Shown: piece by piece, positions 41,087 through 51,790 of the stretch
Numbering within the stretch: position 1 is the first letter of the stretch
Layout of the letters: each line of letters begins with the position of its first letter
NCBI GenBank assembly: GCA_963674595.2
Contig: CAXXFV010000016.1
Span: 1-64,000, forward strand
Source: a bacterium
GTDB taxonomy: Bacteria; Zhuqueibacterota; Zhuqueibacteria; Residuimicrobiales; Krinioviventaceae
Reading direction: 5' to 3'
Length of the DNA stretch: 64,000 nt
The notes under the pieces: generated by a model
What the model saw: only the letters and a program-made list of their open reading frames with translations
Database searches by the model: none
What the model was told of the DNA's origin: nothing
Translations under genes and position numbers: made by a program

Positions 41087-43363
41087 ATGGAGGACGTTTT
41101 GAAGTCAGTATGGATTATTCTGTTTATATTCTTTGTATTGTGTTTTAATGTAACAGCAAACACATTTATAACCGGCCAGGTATTTGATGCAGAAACAAAG
41201 AAACCTCTTTCGTCGGTAAATATTTTTTTTGAGAATTCTGTTTTGGGTTCATCATCTGATAACAATGGCCGCTATCAAATTCGTGTTGACAGTTTTGAAC
41301 AGGGGTGTCTGGTTTTTACCTGTGTTGGATATGAACAGGAAAAGAGAAAACTGGATGCAAATGAATCAGGCGAACAAGAATTACATATTTATTTAAAGCC
41401 GACTGTCATTCAATTAAATAAAAATATTGTCGTGACGGCTAACCGGTCCCGAAATGATGTTTTTAATGTGGTTGCTTCTGTTTCAGTGATGGAGAAGGGA
41501 CAGCTTGATCGTCGGTTGCCTCGTTCCACCCCCGAAGGATTGATTGAAACGTCCGGTGTTTGGATGCAAAAAACAAATCATGGCGGCGGATCCCCGTTTA
41601 TCCGAGGTTTGGTGGGCAACCAGGTATTAATACTGGTTGATGGTGTTCGGCTTAACAATGCTACATTTCGATATGGCCCCAATCAGTACCTGAGCACGAT
41701 TGATCCGTTCACCATATCACGGGTTGAAGCACTCCGGGGTTCCGGTTCTGTTTTATATGGCACCGATGCGCTGGGGGGTGTGATAAATCTGTTGACCAAA
41801 GAGCCACAGTTTATAAATGCAGGCTATAATATTTCCGGGGACGTTTATTCCCGTTTTATGAGTCATGGAATGGAAAAGACAGGCCGCTCGGAAATTCATT
41901 TTCAATCACCGGCGGTTGCTGTTATCGGAGGTTTTTCGCGCAAGAATTTTGGTGATATTTATGCCGGCGGAGGTATTGGCAAGGAAGCACCCTCTGGGTA
42001 TGAGGAATCCGATTGGGATGTTAAAACACGGATTAAACTTTTTTCAAAAGGCGAGTTGACGGTTGCCCATCAAAACGTATATCAGGATGATGTGCCGAGA
42101 TATGATAAAGTTTTTGAACAGGATTATAAAACCTATTCTTTTGATCCGCAAATTCGACGATTGTCTTACTTGAAGTATATAACCGATTTGTCTTCAAAAT
42201 GGATTCAGCAAGTAAGTTTGAACCTTTCCAGACATGAGTCCATTGAAGAACGAAAAAAACAAAAAAGAGAAGATCCGTTGCTGGTACAGGAAGAAGATAA
42301 AGTAAAAACATTTGGGATTAATCTGGATGTTTTATCAAGACCTTATACATTTTGGAAAGTAAATTCCGGAGTTGATTATTATAAAGATTATATTCATAGT
42401 TGGCGTAAGGATATTGATACGGATACGGGCCAGACGGTTTTGAAAAGAGGACTTTATCCTGATGATTCAAAAGCAGAAAATCTGGCAGTGTTTGTAACCA
42501 ATGATTTTGCTTTGGAAAAATTTAACATAACCTGTGGTGCCCGTTTTAATCATACAAAGTTAAATTTTTATAATGAAGGATTTGGATATCTTGAAAATAA
42601 TTCCGAATCTTTCGTTACCACACTTGGACTTGGTTATTTTATGAACCAAACCCTTCTTTTTGGTTCTGTTTCTCAGGGTTTCCGCGCCCCTAATATCAAT
42701 GATGTCAGCAGCTTGGGTGAATTTGATTATGGAACTGAAGTACCTAGTCCTGACCTTTCTCCTGAAAAATCCGTTAATATGGAACTGGGTGTTAAAAGCC
42801 GTTTTGATAGCTGGTCTTTTGCCGGTTCTGTCTATCGTAATGATCTGACGAATTTGATTGACCGGGTTAAAAGTACATATCTGGGGCAATCAATTTATGA
42901 GGGTTTAAATGTTTATAAAAAGCAAAATATTGACAAAGCGTATATTTACGGATATGAGATGGATATGGAGGTTGCTCTGCTAAAAAATGTTGTATTTCAG
43001 CAGAACTTGATTTATACCTATGGTGAAACGAGTGACTCGAAAGAGCCGTTACGCCGTATCCCGCCATTGTATGGCAAATCGAAAATTAAATGGCAGGTGT
43101 CCTCAAAGTTGTGGTATGAAACCGATTTGCAGTATGCCGGAAAACAGGACCGGTTGTCTTCCGGTGATATTGATGATCACCGTATTCCTGAAGGCGGAAC
43201 ACCGGGTTGGCAGATTTTAAATATGTATATGGGCTATTCGTTTCAAAATCTGGATGTTTCCGTTGGCGCTCAGAATTTATTCAACAAGGCCTATCGAATT
43301 CACGGTTCTGGAGTAGAGGGCTATGGCCGAAGCTTTTGGATAGGACTGCATTTCAAGTCTTGA
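41087..43363 (+). CDS. TonB-dependent receptor
   Basis: Signal peptide; carboxypeptidase-like N-domain; VVTANR; plug SPFIRG...VDGVRLN; VEALRGSGSVLYG; GFRAP; NLFNKAY; true start may be TTG 41099. Confidence 0.92.
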   Translation: MEDVLKSVWIILFIFFVLCFNVTANTFITGQVFDAETKKPLSSVNIFFENSVLGSSSDNNGRYQIRVDSFEQGCLVFTCVGYEQEKRKLDANESGEQELHIYLKPTVIQLNKNIVVTANRSRNDVFNVVASVSVMEKGQLDRRLPRSTPEGLIETSGVWMQKTNHGGGSPFIRGLVGNQVLILVDGVRLNNATFRYGPNQYLSTIDPFTISRVEALRGSGSVLYGTDALGGVINLLTKEPQFINAGYNISGDVYSRFMSHGMEKTGRSEIHFQSPAVAVIGGFSRKNFGDIYAGGGIGKEAPSGYEESDWDVKTRIKLFSKGELTVAHQNVYQDDVPRYDKVFEQDYKTYSFDPQIRRLSYLKYITDLSSKWIQQVSLNLSRHESIEERKKQKREDPLLVQEEDKVKTFGINLDVLSRPYTFWKVNSGVDYYKDYIHSWRKDIDTDTGQTVLKRGLYPDDSKAENLAVFVTNDFALEKFNITCGARFNHTKLNFYNEGFGYLENNSESFVTTLGLGYFMNQTLLFGSVSQGFRAPNINDVSSLGEFDYGTEVPSPDLSPEKSVNMELGVKSRFDSWSFAGSVYRNDLTNLIDRVKSTYLGQSIYEGLNVYKKQNIDKAYIYGYEMDMEVALLKNVVFQQNLIYTYGETSDSKEPLRRIPPLYGKSKIKWQVSSKLWYETDLQYAGKQDRLSSGDIDDHRIPEGGTPGWQILNMYMGYSFQNLDVSVGAQNLFNKAYRIHGSGVEGYGRSFWIGLHFKS

Positions 43364-43453
43364 TTACTGATTTTTTTCTACAGATGATTAGGTTTTATCT
43401 TATCTTAAAGGATTTTTTATGTATGCTTTATATATTTAAATGAGGTAGAAAGG

Positions 43454-44695
43454 ATGAAATTAAAAAAAATAGTAAAAATTCTTTTTGGTATATTACTTGT
43501 TTCCACTCCATCTTTTTCACAAAACATTGGTGACGTGATTTCTCCCTGGAAGACGGGAGAACTGGATATACATTTTATCAATACCGGTAAAGGAGAGGCT
43601 TGTTTTTATATATTTCCGGATGGGACCACGATGCTTGTAGACGCCGGTGCAACCTCAAGGACCGGACGCCGTGTAACAGAAATACGTCCCGATTCTTCGC
43701 ATACGCCTGGCGAATGGATTGTTCGTTATCTTAAAAATCTTCCCGGCAATGAGTCCATTTCTTTTTTAGATTATGTACTGTTGACCCATTTTCACGATGA
43801 CCATATCGGTAGAGTGACAGAGAACAGCACGTATTCGTCATCAAAAATGTATCAGCTCAGCGGTGTTACACAAGTCGGTGAAGACCTGATTATGAAAAAA
43901 ATTATCGATCGTGGCTGGCCGGATTATGATTATCCCTATCCTTTGGAAAATCATAATATGACGAATTATCAAGCCTTTTTAAAATGGCAAATCGCAAACA
44001 ATCAAACTGTTGTTGAGCATTTTAAACCCGGACGGGATGATCAAATCGTGCTTGTAAACCGACCTGAGGAGTTTAATGATTTTGAAATTCGCAATATCGC
44101 CGTTAATGGAGTGATATGGACAGGTGTTGATTCTGAAACTAGAAATCATTTTCCGGCTTTGGAAGATATTGGTCCTGATGAATTTCCCAGTGAAAATATG
44201 TGCAGCATTGCTTTTAGATTATCCTATGGAAAGTTTGACTTTTTTAACGGTGGAGACATTACCGGTGTTTTGGATGATGGAGCCCCTCTGTGGCATGATG
44301 TTGAAACGCCGGTGGCCAGGGCTGTCGGACCTGTTGAGGTTAACGTATTGAACCATCATGGCTACCTTGATACTGAAAATGCTTTTTTTCTAAGTGCTTT
44401 AAGGCCGCAAGTACACATCATCCAGGCGTGGTCACCCAGTCATCCTTCGCCCCGTGTGTTAAGACGATTGCTTTCTGAAAAGATATATCCTGGTCCACGC
44501 GATATATTTGCGACAAATATAATGGAAGCAAATAAAATTGTGATCGGTTCCGGTCTGGAAAAATTAAAAAGCGATCAGGGACATGTTGTCGTGCGTGTTG
44601 CTCCAACGGGAAGCACTTTTAAGGTTATTATCTTGGATGACAGCACAGAATCTTATAGAATTAAAGATGTTTTTGGGCCATATGAGTCGAAATAG
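43454..44695 (+). CDS. Secreted metallo-beta-lactamase-fold (ComEC/Rec2-like) hydrolase
   Basis: LDIHFINTGKG, MLVDAG, THFHDDHIG, GGD, NHHG. Confidence 0.8.
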   Translation: MKLKKIVKILFGILLVSTPSFSQNIGDVISPWKTGELDIHFINTGKGEACFYIFPDGTTMLVDAGATSRTGRRVTEIRPDSSHTPGEWIVRYLKNLPGNESISFLDYVLLTHFHDDHIGRVTENSTYSSSKMYQLSGVTQVGEDLIMKKIIDRGWPDYDYPYPLENHNMTNYQAFLKWQIANNQTVVEHFKPGRDDQIVLVNRPEEFNDFEIRNIAVNGVIWTGVDSETRNHFPALEDIGPDEFPSENMCSIAFRLSYGKFDFFNGGDITGVLDDGAPLWHDVETPVARAVGPVEVNVLNHHGYLDTENAFFLSALRPQVHIIQAWSPSHPSPRVLRRLLSEKIYPGPRDIFATNIMEANKIVIGSGLEKLKSDQGHVVVRVAPTGSTFKVIILDDSTESYRIKDVFGPYESK

Positions 44696-44791
44696 GCGTA
44701 AACAGGATGGTTTTTATTTCTTCGAGCCAATCTTTTAACTAAAGCGTGGTGTTAATAACGGTCAAACGGGTAAGACTGTGAAAGGGAATAA

Positions 44792-47344
44792 ATGATGAAT
44801 GTTCATTTCCGGTATCTCAATAAACGAATTTGGGTGGCGAGTTGGTTTTGTATTGCAATGCTTTTAATTCTATCGTCATGGATTAAAGCGAATGTGATTA
44901 CCCATGACTCTCAGAACAAAACTGTTTTGCTGTCAACCAGGGATGGAAATTTTCAATTAAAACTCGATTATGGTGCCAAATGTGTCATCAATGAAATGAA
45001 AATTGAGCAAAATAACATTCTTGCACCGACCGGGATATTTAGCGGGGTAAAAACCGGTAAAGTGTGGTATACAACATCTTCCGGCATTCCTTCTCCTGTT
45101 GTAAATATCTCCGGAGATACTGTGGCCATCAAAGGTATCCAATTTGGCGGGACCGGAACTATAGTTCAGGAGGATTGGCGATTTATAGTAGAAAACAATA
45201 CAATCAAATGGAAGATAGATAGAGCTTATCTTTCTGGTAATTATTTTGAAGATATTTCATTTCCCTGTTGGCAATTTAATATGAAAACGTGGGATGGCTC
45301 CTTGTTAAACAATGGCGGTGTGGCGTGGTGTAAATTATTTGATCAAGAGAATTCAAGCTATGGCGTACATACGGATAAAGTTACTTTTTGGAACAAGGAT
45401 TTGGATATTTGTTTGCGAATTATTGCGGATGAAAATTCAGATAACTGTTATGCCGTGAAATTTAGCCGGTTACCGGGAGATATTTTTTCTTTTACACAGT
45501 ATGTAACGGATTATGAGCTTTTAACACGATATGACCATTACAGATATTTTAGTGATCGACAGGATATTTGGAAACCTGTAAATATAAATCAAAAAAAGAT
45601 AACAACAGAGTATACGCTTTTACCTTTAAAATATACGAATGAATATAAACGAGGAGAGTTTGCAAATCTGAATGGCGAGGCCATCAGCAGTATTGCAAAT
45701 ACCATAGCCCGTGTTGGTGTCATTGATTCTTATTTGCATGGCAGTAATAGTTGGCGCACGCCCTATGGCCCTGCCGTTTTACATGAACAATGGATTGCCC
45801 AATTGGGCCTGGCTATTGATGATCCGGCTTATTTTAAAGCCTATCAAAAAACCCTGGAGTTTCAGCGTGATCATGCAATAGAAAAAGATGGCCGGGTCAA
45901 GTCACGTTGGGCCTACCATGACGGTGACGCCATGCCGGCTAGTTATGATTCTTTGGGATTTTATGAATGTCAGTGGGGCTATTTATTGGATTCACAACCG
46001 GATTTTGTTATCAATGTATCCGAGCTTTATCAGTTTAATGGCGACCTGGAATGGGTAAAAACGTTTAAATCATCCTGTGAAAAGGTGCTGGCATATCTTC
46101 TTGATCGGGATTCTGACGAGGATTATTTGGTGGAAATGATTACAGATGATCATACCGACGCAAAAGGCAGTGACTGGATCGACGTTATTTGGGCATCTTT
46201 TGAAAATGCGTTTGTCAATGCCGAACTTTATTATGCTTTAACATTATGGTCTGATATTGAATTTCAAATGGGTGATTCAGTGGCGGCACAATATTATTCC
46301 GATTTCGCCGGGGAATTAAAACAAAGCTTTAATAAATCAATTCACAACGGGGGATTTTGGGACCCTGAAAACAAATGGTATGTTTATTGGCGTGATAAAG
46401 ACGATTCCATACACGGCAATAATTTGGTTGTGCCGGTTAATTTTATGGCTATTGCTTACGGACTATGCGAGGAAAAGACACATAGTCATGCCATCCTGGA
46501 CCGAATAGAAACAGAGATGCAAAATGAAAACTTGTTTTGCTGGCCTTTATGCATATATCCCTACAAAGATGGCGAGGGTCTGGATCGTGTTAATTTTCCC
46601 TATCCGAATTATGAGAACGGTGATATTTTTCTTGCCTGGGCCGAGTTGGGTATTCGCGCTTATGTCGATTATAAACCGGAAATACCGGTCAAATATATTA
46701 AAAATGTGCTAAAACAGTATGAAAAGGATGGGCTGGCTTTTCAACGGTATAAAAGAAAAACTCAAACAGGGGCCGGAGATGATATTCTGGCAAATAATTG
46801 CAGCGCCATTGTAGGGCTATACCGAAATATTTACGGTATACAACCGTACTATAACAGGTTGTATCTGAATCCACATCTGACGGAAGAGCTAAACGGAACC
46901 CGCCTTTATTATAAATTGAGGGACCAGGAGTATTTGATTACTTTGAATCAGGATGACTATGCTATAGAGGTAGATAGTTTTGTATTTCACTCTATGCACG
47001 ATTTCGCCGTGGACTGTAGGGAAAACACGGCTCAATATTTTTATAGAGATGAAGGCAAACCTTCTATGGTGATAAATAAATCCGGGAACGAACCTCTAAT
47101 TATCGATATTCAAAAATGGGATATCCCGAATCCGTGTCTTATAAAATGGAAAGAGTCATCTACAAACGAGAATATGACAACCAATCATAAAATCATGGGA
47201 CTGGAGCCAGATAATATGTTTGACGTTTATCTGAATGGTGAAAAATTTGTCTCATTAAAAAGTAATTCAGATGGGAAAATTCAATTCAAATGTGGGCAAG
47301 AATACCAGAAAATGTTAAATTTTGAGGTCAAGGCAGGGGATTGA
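44792..47344 (+). CDS. Secreted six-hairpin glycoside hydrolase-like protein
   Basis: Signal peptide; SDWID, NAELYYAL, NFMAIAYG and YENG motifs of (alpha/alpha)6 glycosidases. Confidence 0.65.
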   Translation: MMNVHFRYLNKRIWVASWFCIAMLLILSSWIKANVITHDSQNKTVLLSTRDGNFQLKLDYGAKCVINEMKIEQNNILAPTGIFSGVKTGKVWYTTSSGIPSPVVNISGDTVAIKGIQFGGTGTIVQEDWRFIVENNTIKWKIDRAYLSGNYFEDISFPCWQFNMKTWDGSLLNNGGVAWCKLFDQENSSYGVHTDKVTFWNKDLDICLRIIADENSDNCYAVKFSRLPGDIFSFTQYVTDYELLTRYDHYRYFSDRQDIWKPVNINQKKITTEYTLLPLKYTNEYKRGEFANLNGEAISSIANTIARVGVIDSYLHGSNSWRTPYGPAVLHEQWIAQLGLAIDDPAYFKAYQKTLEFQRDHAIEKDGRVKSRWAYHDGDAMPASYDSLGFYECQWGYLLDSQPDFVINVSELYQFNGDLEWVKTFKSSCEKVLAYLLDRDSDEDYLVEMITDDHTDAKGSDWIDVIWASFENAFVNAELYYALTLWSDIEFQMGDSVAAQYYSDFAGELKQSFNKSIHNGGFWDPENKWYVYWRDKDDSIHGNNLVVPVNFMAIAYGLCEEKTHSHAILDRIETEMQNENLFCWPLCIYPYKDGEGLDRVNFPYPNYENGDIFLAWAELGIRAYVDYKPEIPVKYIKNVLKQYEKDGLAFQRYKRKTQTGAGDDILANNCSAIVGLYRNIYGIQPYYNRLYLNPHLTEELNGTRLYYKLRDQEYLITLNQDDYAIEVDSFVFHSMHDFAVDCRENTAQYFYRDEGKPSMVINKSGNEPLIIDIQKWDIPNPCLIKWKESSTNENMTTNHKIMGLEPDNMFDVYLNGEKFVSLKSNSDGKIQFKCGQEYQKMLNFEVKAGD

Positions 47345-47425
47345 TGAATAATACTATATCGCCGGTACATATTAACGAATAAGCGCTTGCAAGTGAGAGA
47401 TAGTTTCTCTGTTAAATTTAGGTGA

Positions 47426-47458
47426 TAAAAAAAAAGGCCGGTTATGAGCCGACCCTTT
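47426..47458 (-). terminator. Intrinsic terminator
   Basis: A-run followed by the imperfect stem GGCCGGTT-ATG-AGCCGACC. Confidence 0.55.
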
Positions 47459-47483
47459 AGGAGGAAATTTTTCTCGTTGATGT

Positions 47484-49799
47484 CTATTTAGATAAAACCA
47501 GTTTTTTGACATCGATATAGGCTGTTCCGGTATTGTTAAGGGGCAAGGTTTTTAGCCGATAAAAATAGACTCCGGATGGCATTTGCATTCCCTGGCTGTT
47601 ACAACCGTCCCATATCATGCTGTACATACCGTCTTGCAGATTTTGATGGACCAGGTCAATAACACGTTCACCTAGTATATTGAAAATTGTCAGTTCAGCA
47701 TACATTGGTTTTGGCAATTGAAATGAAATCGTGGTTTTTGGATTAAATGGATTGGGATAGGCCGAATGTAAACAAAAATTCATAGGTTGCAGGTTTGTAA
47801 GGTTTGCCACTTTTACATTATGATCATATGGCAGGGCTCCCATATCTGATACAGATCCATCATCATCAGTTATGGCAGGATCGCCCGTATCAATACATGG
47901 AGAATTCTGGGTCAGATGATAGTCAAATGGAGTGCCTCCAACGTAAAGCGGGTCCTGTTCAATTCTTCCGGTGCCGGGCAGGGCTGTCCATGTATTATCC
48001 GTTGGTCCAAAGTTTGTTCCGTTCCCAAAATAATCGTTATATTCAAATGAGCAAAAATCGGTCGAAACATCTTCAGTCTTAAAAATGCCGCTCTCCTGAT
48101 TGCTGGAAAATATATTATTGTAGATAAAAGTCCCATAAGCCTGATGCAGTGCAATACCGTATAAATTATTGTTGTCAATTGTATTGTTATAGATATCACA
48201 AGTATTATTGTTGTTCAGGTAAATTCCAATGTCACAGTTACGAATAATACAATGATGAACTCTTACGCTGCCAAATTTTGATAGAACGCCGTATTCAGGA
48301 GGAGAACCCTCTGCAGAGCCTGCGACAGTTATATCATGTATCTCTGCATCGAATGCCATCTCTATAATATACGGACTGTCATTATTCGTAATGATAACAC
48401 TGTCCGGTCCGGCTTTGCTATAAATTGTTACGCCGGGCTGCATGTCTATGCAATCGTTATAAATACCGGGTTCTACTTTAATTTTGTCTCCATAGTCACA
48501 CCCTGTCATGGCCTGGCTTATGGAAATCGGGCTGTCTGGTGAAATTGTAAACACTTTGGTGTAAAAATAATAAGAATAAACAGACCCAGAGTTGTTACCA
48601 TTGTCATCATCCTGACGTGAACTGATCATGATTGTGCCCCTGTTCATCGTGACCGGTAATCCAAACCAGTCACCATCGTCAATGTCCACAGGCACAATGA
48701 CTCTTTCGAGGTCCCATTGTGTACCGTTATGACGATATAAATATGCTTTACCTGCATTTTCCCCCCATTCATCATTTCCGTAAGCACCAATAATAAGCCG
48801 GTTCCCGACGATATCTAAGCTTGCACCAAAGTAATCGCTTGGTACATCATCAGGTTCCGGTGATATAATTTTTTGTTCTTCGATCCAATCGTTTTCCTGC
48901 CATTTATAAATATAAACCGATCCGGAACTGGTGCCTTTATCATCATCATAAGAGGCGCCAACAGCCAGGCGGTCTCCGTGCAGGGCTACCTGATGGAACC
49001 TGTCTCCAGCGGTCCCATCGTTTGCAATTATCTTTTTTTGCTGTACCCATTCTAAATCTACCTCTTGAAAAAGATAGACGGCACCGGCATCGACACCGTT
49101 TTCATTGTCATCGAAACGGGAACCTATTGCGATTGTATAGCTGTCAATATCGATTGATACACCAAACCAGTCACCTTCTGCCGCATCATCCGGTAACAGC
49201 TTTGTCACCTGGGTCCAGCTTTCATCATCCATTCGTTCATAAACATAGGCCGAACCAGTACGTGTTCCAAAATCATCGTCAAAAAAAGCGCCCACAACAG
49301 CCGTGTTGCCGTTATCCCTGATTGCTACGGTGATGCCAAATCGATTGTCTTCCCCTGCATCATCTGCTGTGAGTTTGGCTGTTTCCACCCAGGTATCGCC
49401 ATCACGTTTAAAGATATAGGCGGAACCGGATTTTTCACCTGCATCATCATCCCAGGGAGAACCAATGATGATATATTTATCACTAACCCCTACACTGTAA
49501 CCAAAATTATCCTCCTCTGCTCCATCGCTGGCAACTACCTTTTGTTGGAAAACCCATCCGGTATTATCTCTTTTATAAATATAAGCCGCACCCGCGTTTA
49601 TACCGTTTTCATTGTCATCTTCATTTGCACCCACTGCCGAATAATTAAAGCACAAATCGTTGCTGCGGCCAAACAAGTCGGTAGAGTCACCATCGAAAGC
49701 TGTGAGTTTTGTTTCAATCTGAGCGAATGACGGTTTAACCAAAAGAACAATTAGAAACAATTTACTGAAAAGCCGGAAATATCCAAATGATGTTTTCAT
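47484..49799 (-). CDS. Secreted FG-GAP repeat plus beta-helix protein with a T9SS/FlgD-like C-terminal domain
   Basis: About 7 repeats of D.FG.SV......VGA..DD..G..SGSAY; parallel beta-helix; SPCIDTGDP; YPNPFNP...SGVYFYRL; start placed at ATG 49799. Confidence 0.85.
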   Translation of the reverse strand: MKTSFGYFRLFSKLFLIVLLVKPSFAQIETKLTAFDGDSTDLFGRSNDLCFNYSAVGANEDDNENGINAGAAYIYKRDNTGWVFQQKVVASDGAEEDNFGYSVGVSDKYIIIGSPWDDDAGEKSGSAYIFKRDGDTWVETAKLTADDAGEDNRFGITVAIRDNGNTAVVGAFFDDDFGTRTGSAYVYERMDDESWTQVTKLLPDDAAEGDWFGVSIDIDSYTIAIGSRFDDNENGVDAGAVYLFQEVDLEWVQQKKIIANDGTAGDRFHQVALHGDRLAVGASYDDDKGTSSGSVYIYKWQENDWIEEQKIISPEPDDVPSDYFGASLDIVGNRLIIGAYGNDEWGENAGKAYLYRHNGTQWDLERVIVPVDIDDGDWFGLPVTMNRGTIMISSRQDDDNGNNSGSVYSYYFYTKVFTISPDSPISISQAMTGCDYGDKIKVEPGIYNDCIDMQPGVTIYSKAGPDSVIITNNDSPYIIEMAFDAEIHDITVAGSAEGSPPEYGVLSKFGSVRVHHCIIRNCDIGIYLNNNNTCDIYNNTIDNNNLYGIALHQAYGTFIYNNIFSSNQESGIFKTEDVSTDFCSFEYNDYFGNGTNFGPTDNTWTALPGTGRIEQDPLYVGGTPFDYHLTQNSPCIDTGDPAITDDDGSVSDMGALPYDHNVKVANLTNLQPMNFCLHSAYPNPFNPKTTISFQLPKPMYAELTIFNILGERVIDLVHQNLQDGMYSMIWDGCNSQGMQMPSGVYFYRLKTLPLNNTGTAYIDVKKLVLSK

Positions 49800-50002
49800 T
49801 TTACTTTCTCCTAAATTGTTTTGATTGTACAAGTTTTTGATGATTTTGTGGTATAATATTGAATTTAACAACATTATTAAGGACAATTGTTAAAAAAGTC
49901 ACATAAATGCTATTTTTATCGAATTGAAATCTGTTAAAACCAAATCCGTGGAATTATTAGCGATGTTTCCCTTTTGTATTTTTGATAATTAGCTTGGTTG
50001 CC

Positions 50003-51283
50003 CTATTTTTCATTTTTAATAGTCAGGTTTTTAGAGTTTCCTTCAAAAAGATGGGTTAATGCGTCTTTTTTCATTTGTTTGATGTTGGTGCAGCTTATAT
50101 CCTTAACATCAGCTTTAACGATTACAGCATATCGGGCATTTTTAGCAACGATATTAGAAACAGAAATGTTGCTGAGATTGCCTTGTTTATACCCGCTTCC
50201 ATATCCCGTATAGATTTTAACGCACGCTTCGCGAGTTGAGGGCGCCTCTTCTATGACATGGTCTATTGAAATATTATAGACCCTTGGGGATGTTGCAAGA
50301 CAAATGACGCCGTGATGGTTCCCGCCGGTCAGGATGTTTCGTATGGCAATATCGTGTATGTCGGCGGCATCTCCCTCAAAGTCGAGTCCTTCTGGCTGCA
50401 TGGGATAAACATAATTTGAGTGCGGGGTTAAGTATGTACCGTTTAATGCCGTGCATGCAATCGTATCATCACTGGTAGAACCGGATATATTTTCGACAAA
50501 ACAAAATGAGCATCCATTACGGAAATCAATCCCGTCACCGTTTTTAACGCTTGTATGAAAAATAATGTCATGCAAATAACCGTAGGAACACTGTCCCTGT
50601 GAGATAGCCCAGCAGTGGGTTTTGTGCATGGTAAACCCGGATATTTCATAGCCGGTCGTGAGTGACAGCAGAATGCCGACAGTGCGCCATCCATAAAAAT
50701 CCCCGGTCCACTTTGTGGTCTTTCCTGTCTTTGGATTTATCCCTTCATAGGGATTATCAGCTCCTTCTATAATGGCGTTATTTCGCCCCGTAATTCTGAT
50801 GTTTTTTGTGGAATCGACCTTACAGAATCCATTGGGGTTATCCGGATTGGGGTGAATGCCGGCCACGCGAATAATATTGTCAAACACTTTGTCAGCGAGT
50901 TTAAGGATACAACCATCGATTACAAGTTCGGTATTGGACGATAGAAGAATTGCCCGGTCGATTATCCAGTTTTGTTTATCGAGAACAAGTGTTAATGGCG
51001 TACCCGGCTTGCCAACAGAAGCCATTGCCGCTTCTATTGCTTCGGAATGTGAACGATCCTTAAGAAAATCAGCCGCATATACAACAGGAGCGGGAATACG
51101 TTGCGGAACATAACGATCAACAAATTCTTTGCCGGAGAGTGTGGCCAACTCTCCGAAATAAATTTTTTCCGGTATCAAGTCGGTACCTTTATCCCCGGCA
51201 TAGTTGGATGCCGGAAGGAGTGTAAATAATATGTAAAACCGAATTAGAAATTTTTTTATAGCATTTTTTAAAGATAGTACCAT
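50003..51283 (-). CDS. Pectin-lyase-fold (GH28-like) glycosidase
   Basis: NGDGID and TSDDTIA motifs resembling GH28 catalytic segments; beta-helix repeats; start uncertain. Confidence 0.6.
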   Translation of the reverse strand: MVLSLKNAIKKFLIRFYILFTLLPASNYAGDKGTDLIPEKIYFGELATLSGKEFVDRYVPQRIPAPVVYAADFLKDRSHSEAIEAAMASVGKPGTPLTLVLDKQNWIIDRAILLSSNTELVIDGCILKLADKVFDNIIRVAGIHPNPDNPNGFCKVDSTKNIRITGRNNAIIEGADNPYEGINPKTGKTTKWTGDFYGWRTVGILLSLTTGYEISGFTMHKTHCWAISQGQCSYGYLHDIIFHTSVKNGDGIDFRNGCSFCFVENISGSTSDDTIACTALNGTYLTPHSNYVYPMQPEGLDFEGDAADIHDIAIRNILTGGNHHGVICLATSPRVYNISIDHVIEEAPSTREACVKIYTGYGSGYKQGNLSNISVSNIVAKNARYAVIVKADVKDISCTNIKQMKKDALTHLFEGNSKNLTIKNEK

Positions 51284-51751
51284 ATTCTGTTCGCTTTTAT
51301 TAACGGTTTTTGCTCGGTGTTTTCCATTGAAAAAAATGGTATGGTAATGCTTGTACACTAAAATTGTATTGTTGTACTTTTTTAGAACTATTGGACATTA
51401 TTTAGAAATGCAAACAGAAACACCATAATGATTTAATGATTTTGCTGGTTAAAAAGAGGGATATGATTTTTTATCCGACGTAATTACTTCCTCCTGCCTG
51501 CTGTTAATACCCGTATTTAAGATGAAAACCGGTTTAAGGTCTATCAGGAACTCCCATGATTACCCAATTGTCCTGAAAAACAATCAGTTATCGTTGATGA
51601 TTGAATTGTACAAAATAAATTGTCGCGGTGCAAGAATTTTTTAATATTTTTCAAACTTTTCTACGTTCTCAAGATGAGTATTTATATTGTAAACCGGATT
51701 TTACCAGAATTTTTAATGAGAGATGGTTGCCCTGGTAAATTCTGTTGATAT

Positions 51752-51780
51752 AAAAAAAGGCCGGTCAAACGACCGGCCTT
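51752..51780 (-). terminator. Intrinsic terminator
   Basis: AAAAAAAGGCCGGTC-AAAC-GACCGGCCTT. Confidence 0.85.
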
Positions 51781-51790
51781 AATAATTGGG

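Noticed and set aside
48560-49720. Periodic repeats suggesting a CRISPR array or DNA repeat
   Set aside because: They are degenerate protein-level FG-GAP repeats; there are no identical direct repeats with spacers and no cas genes
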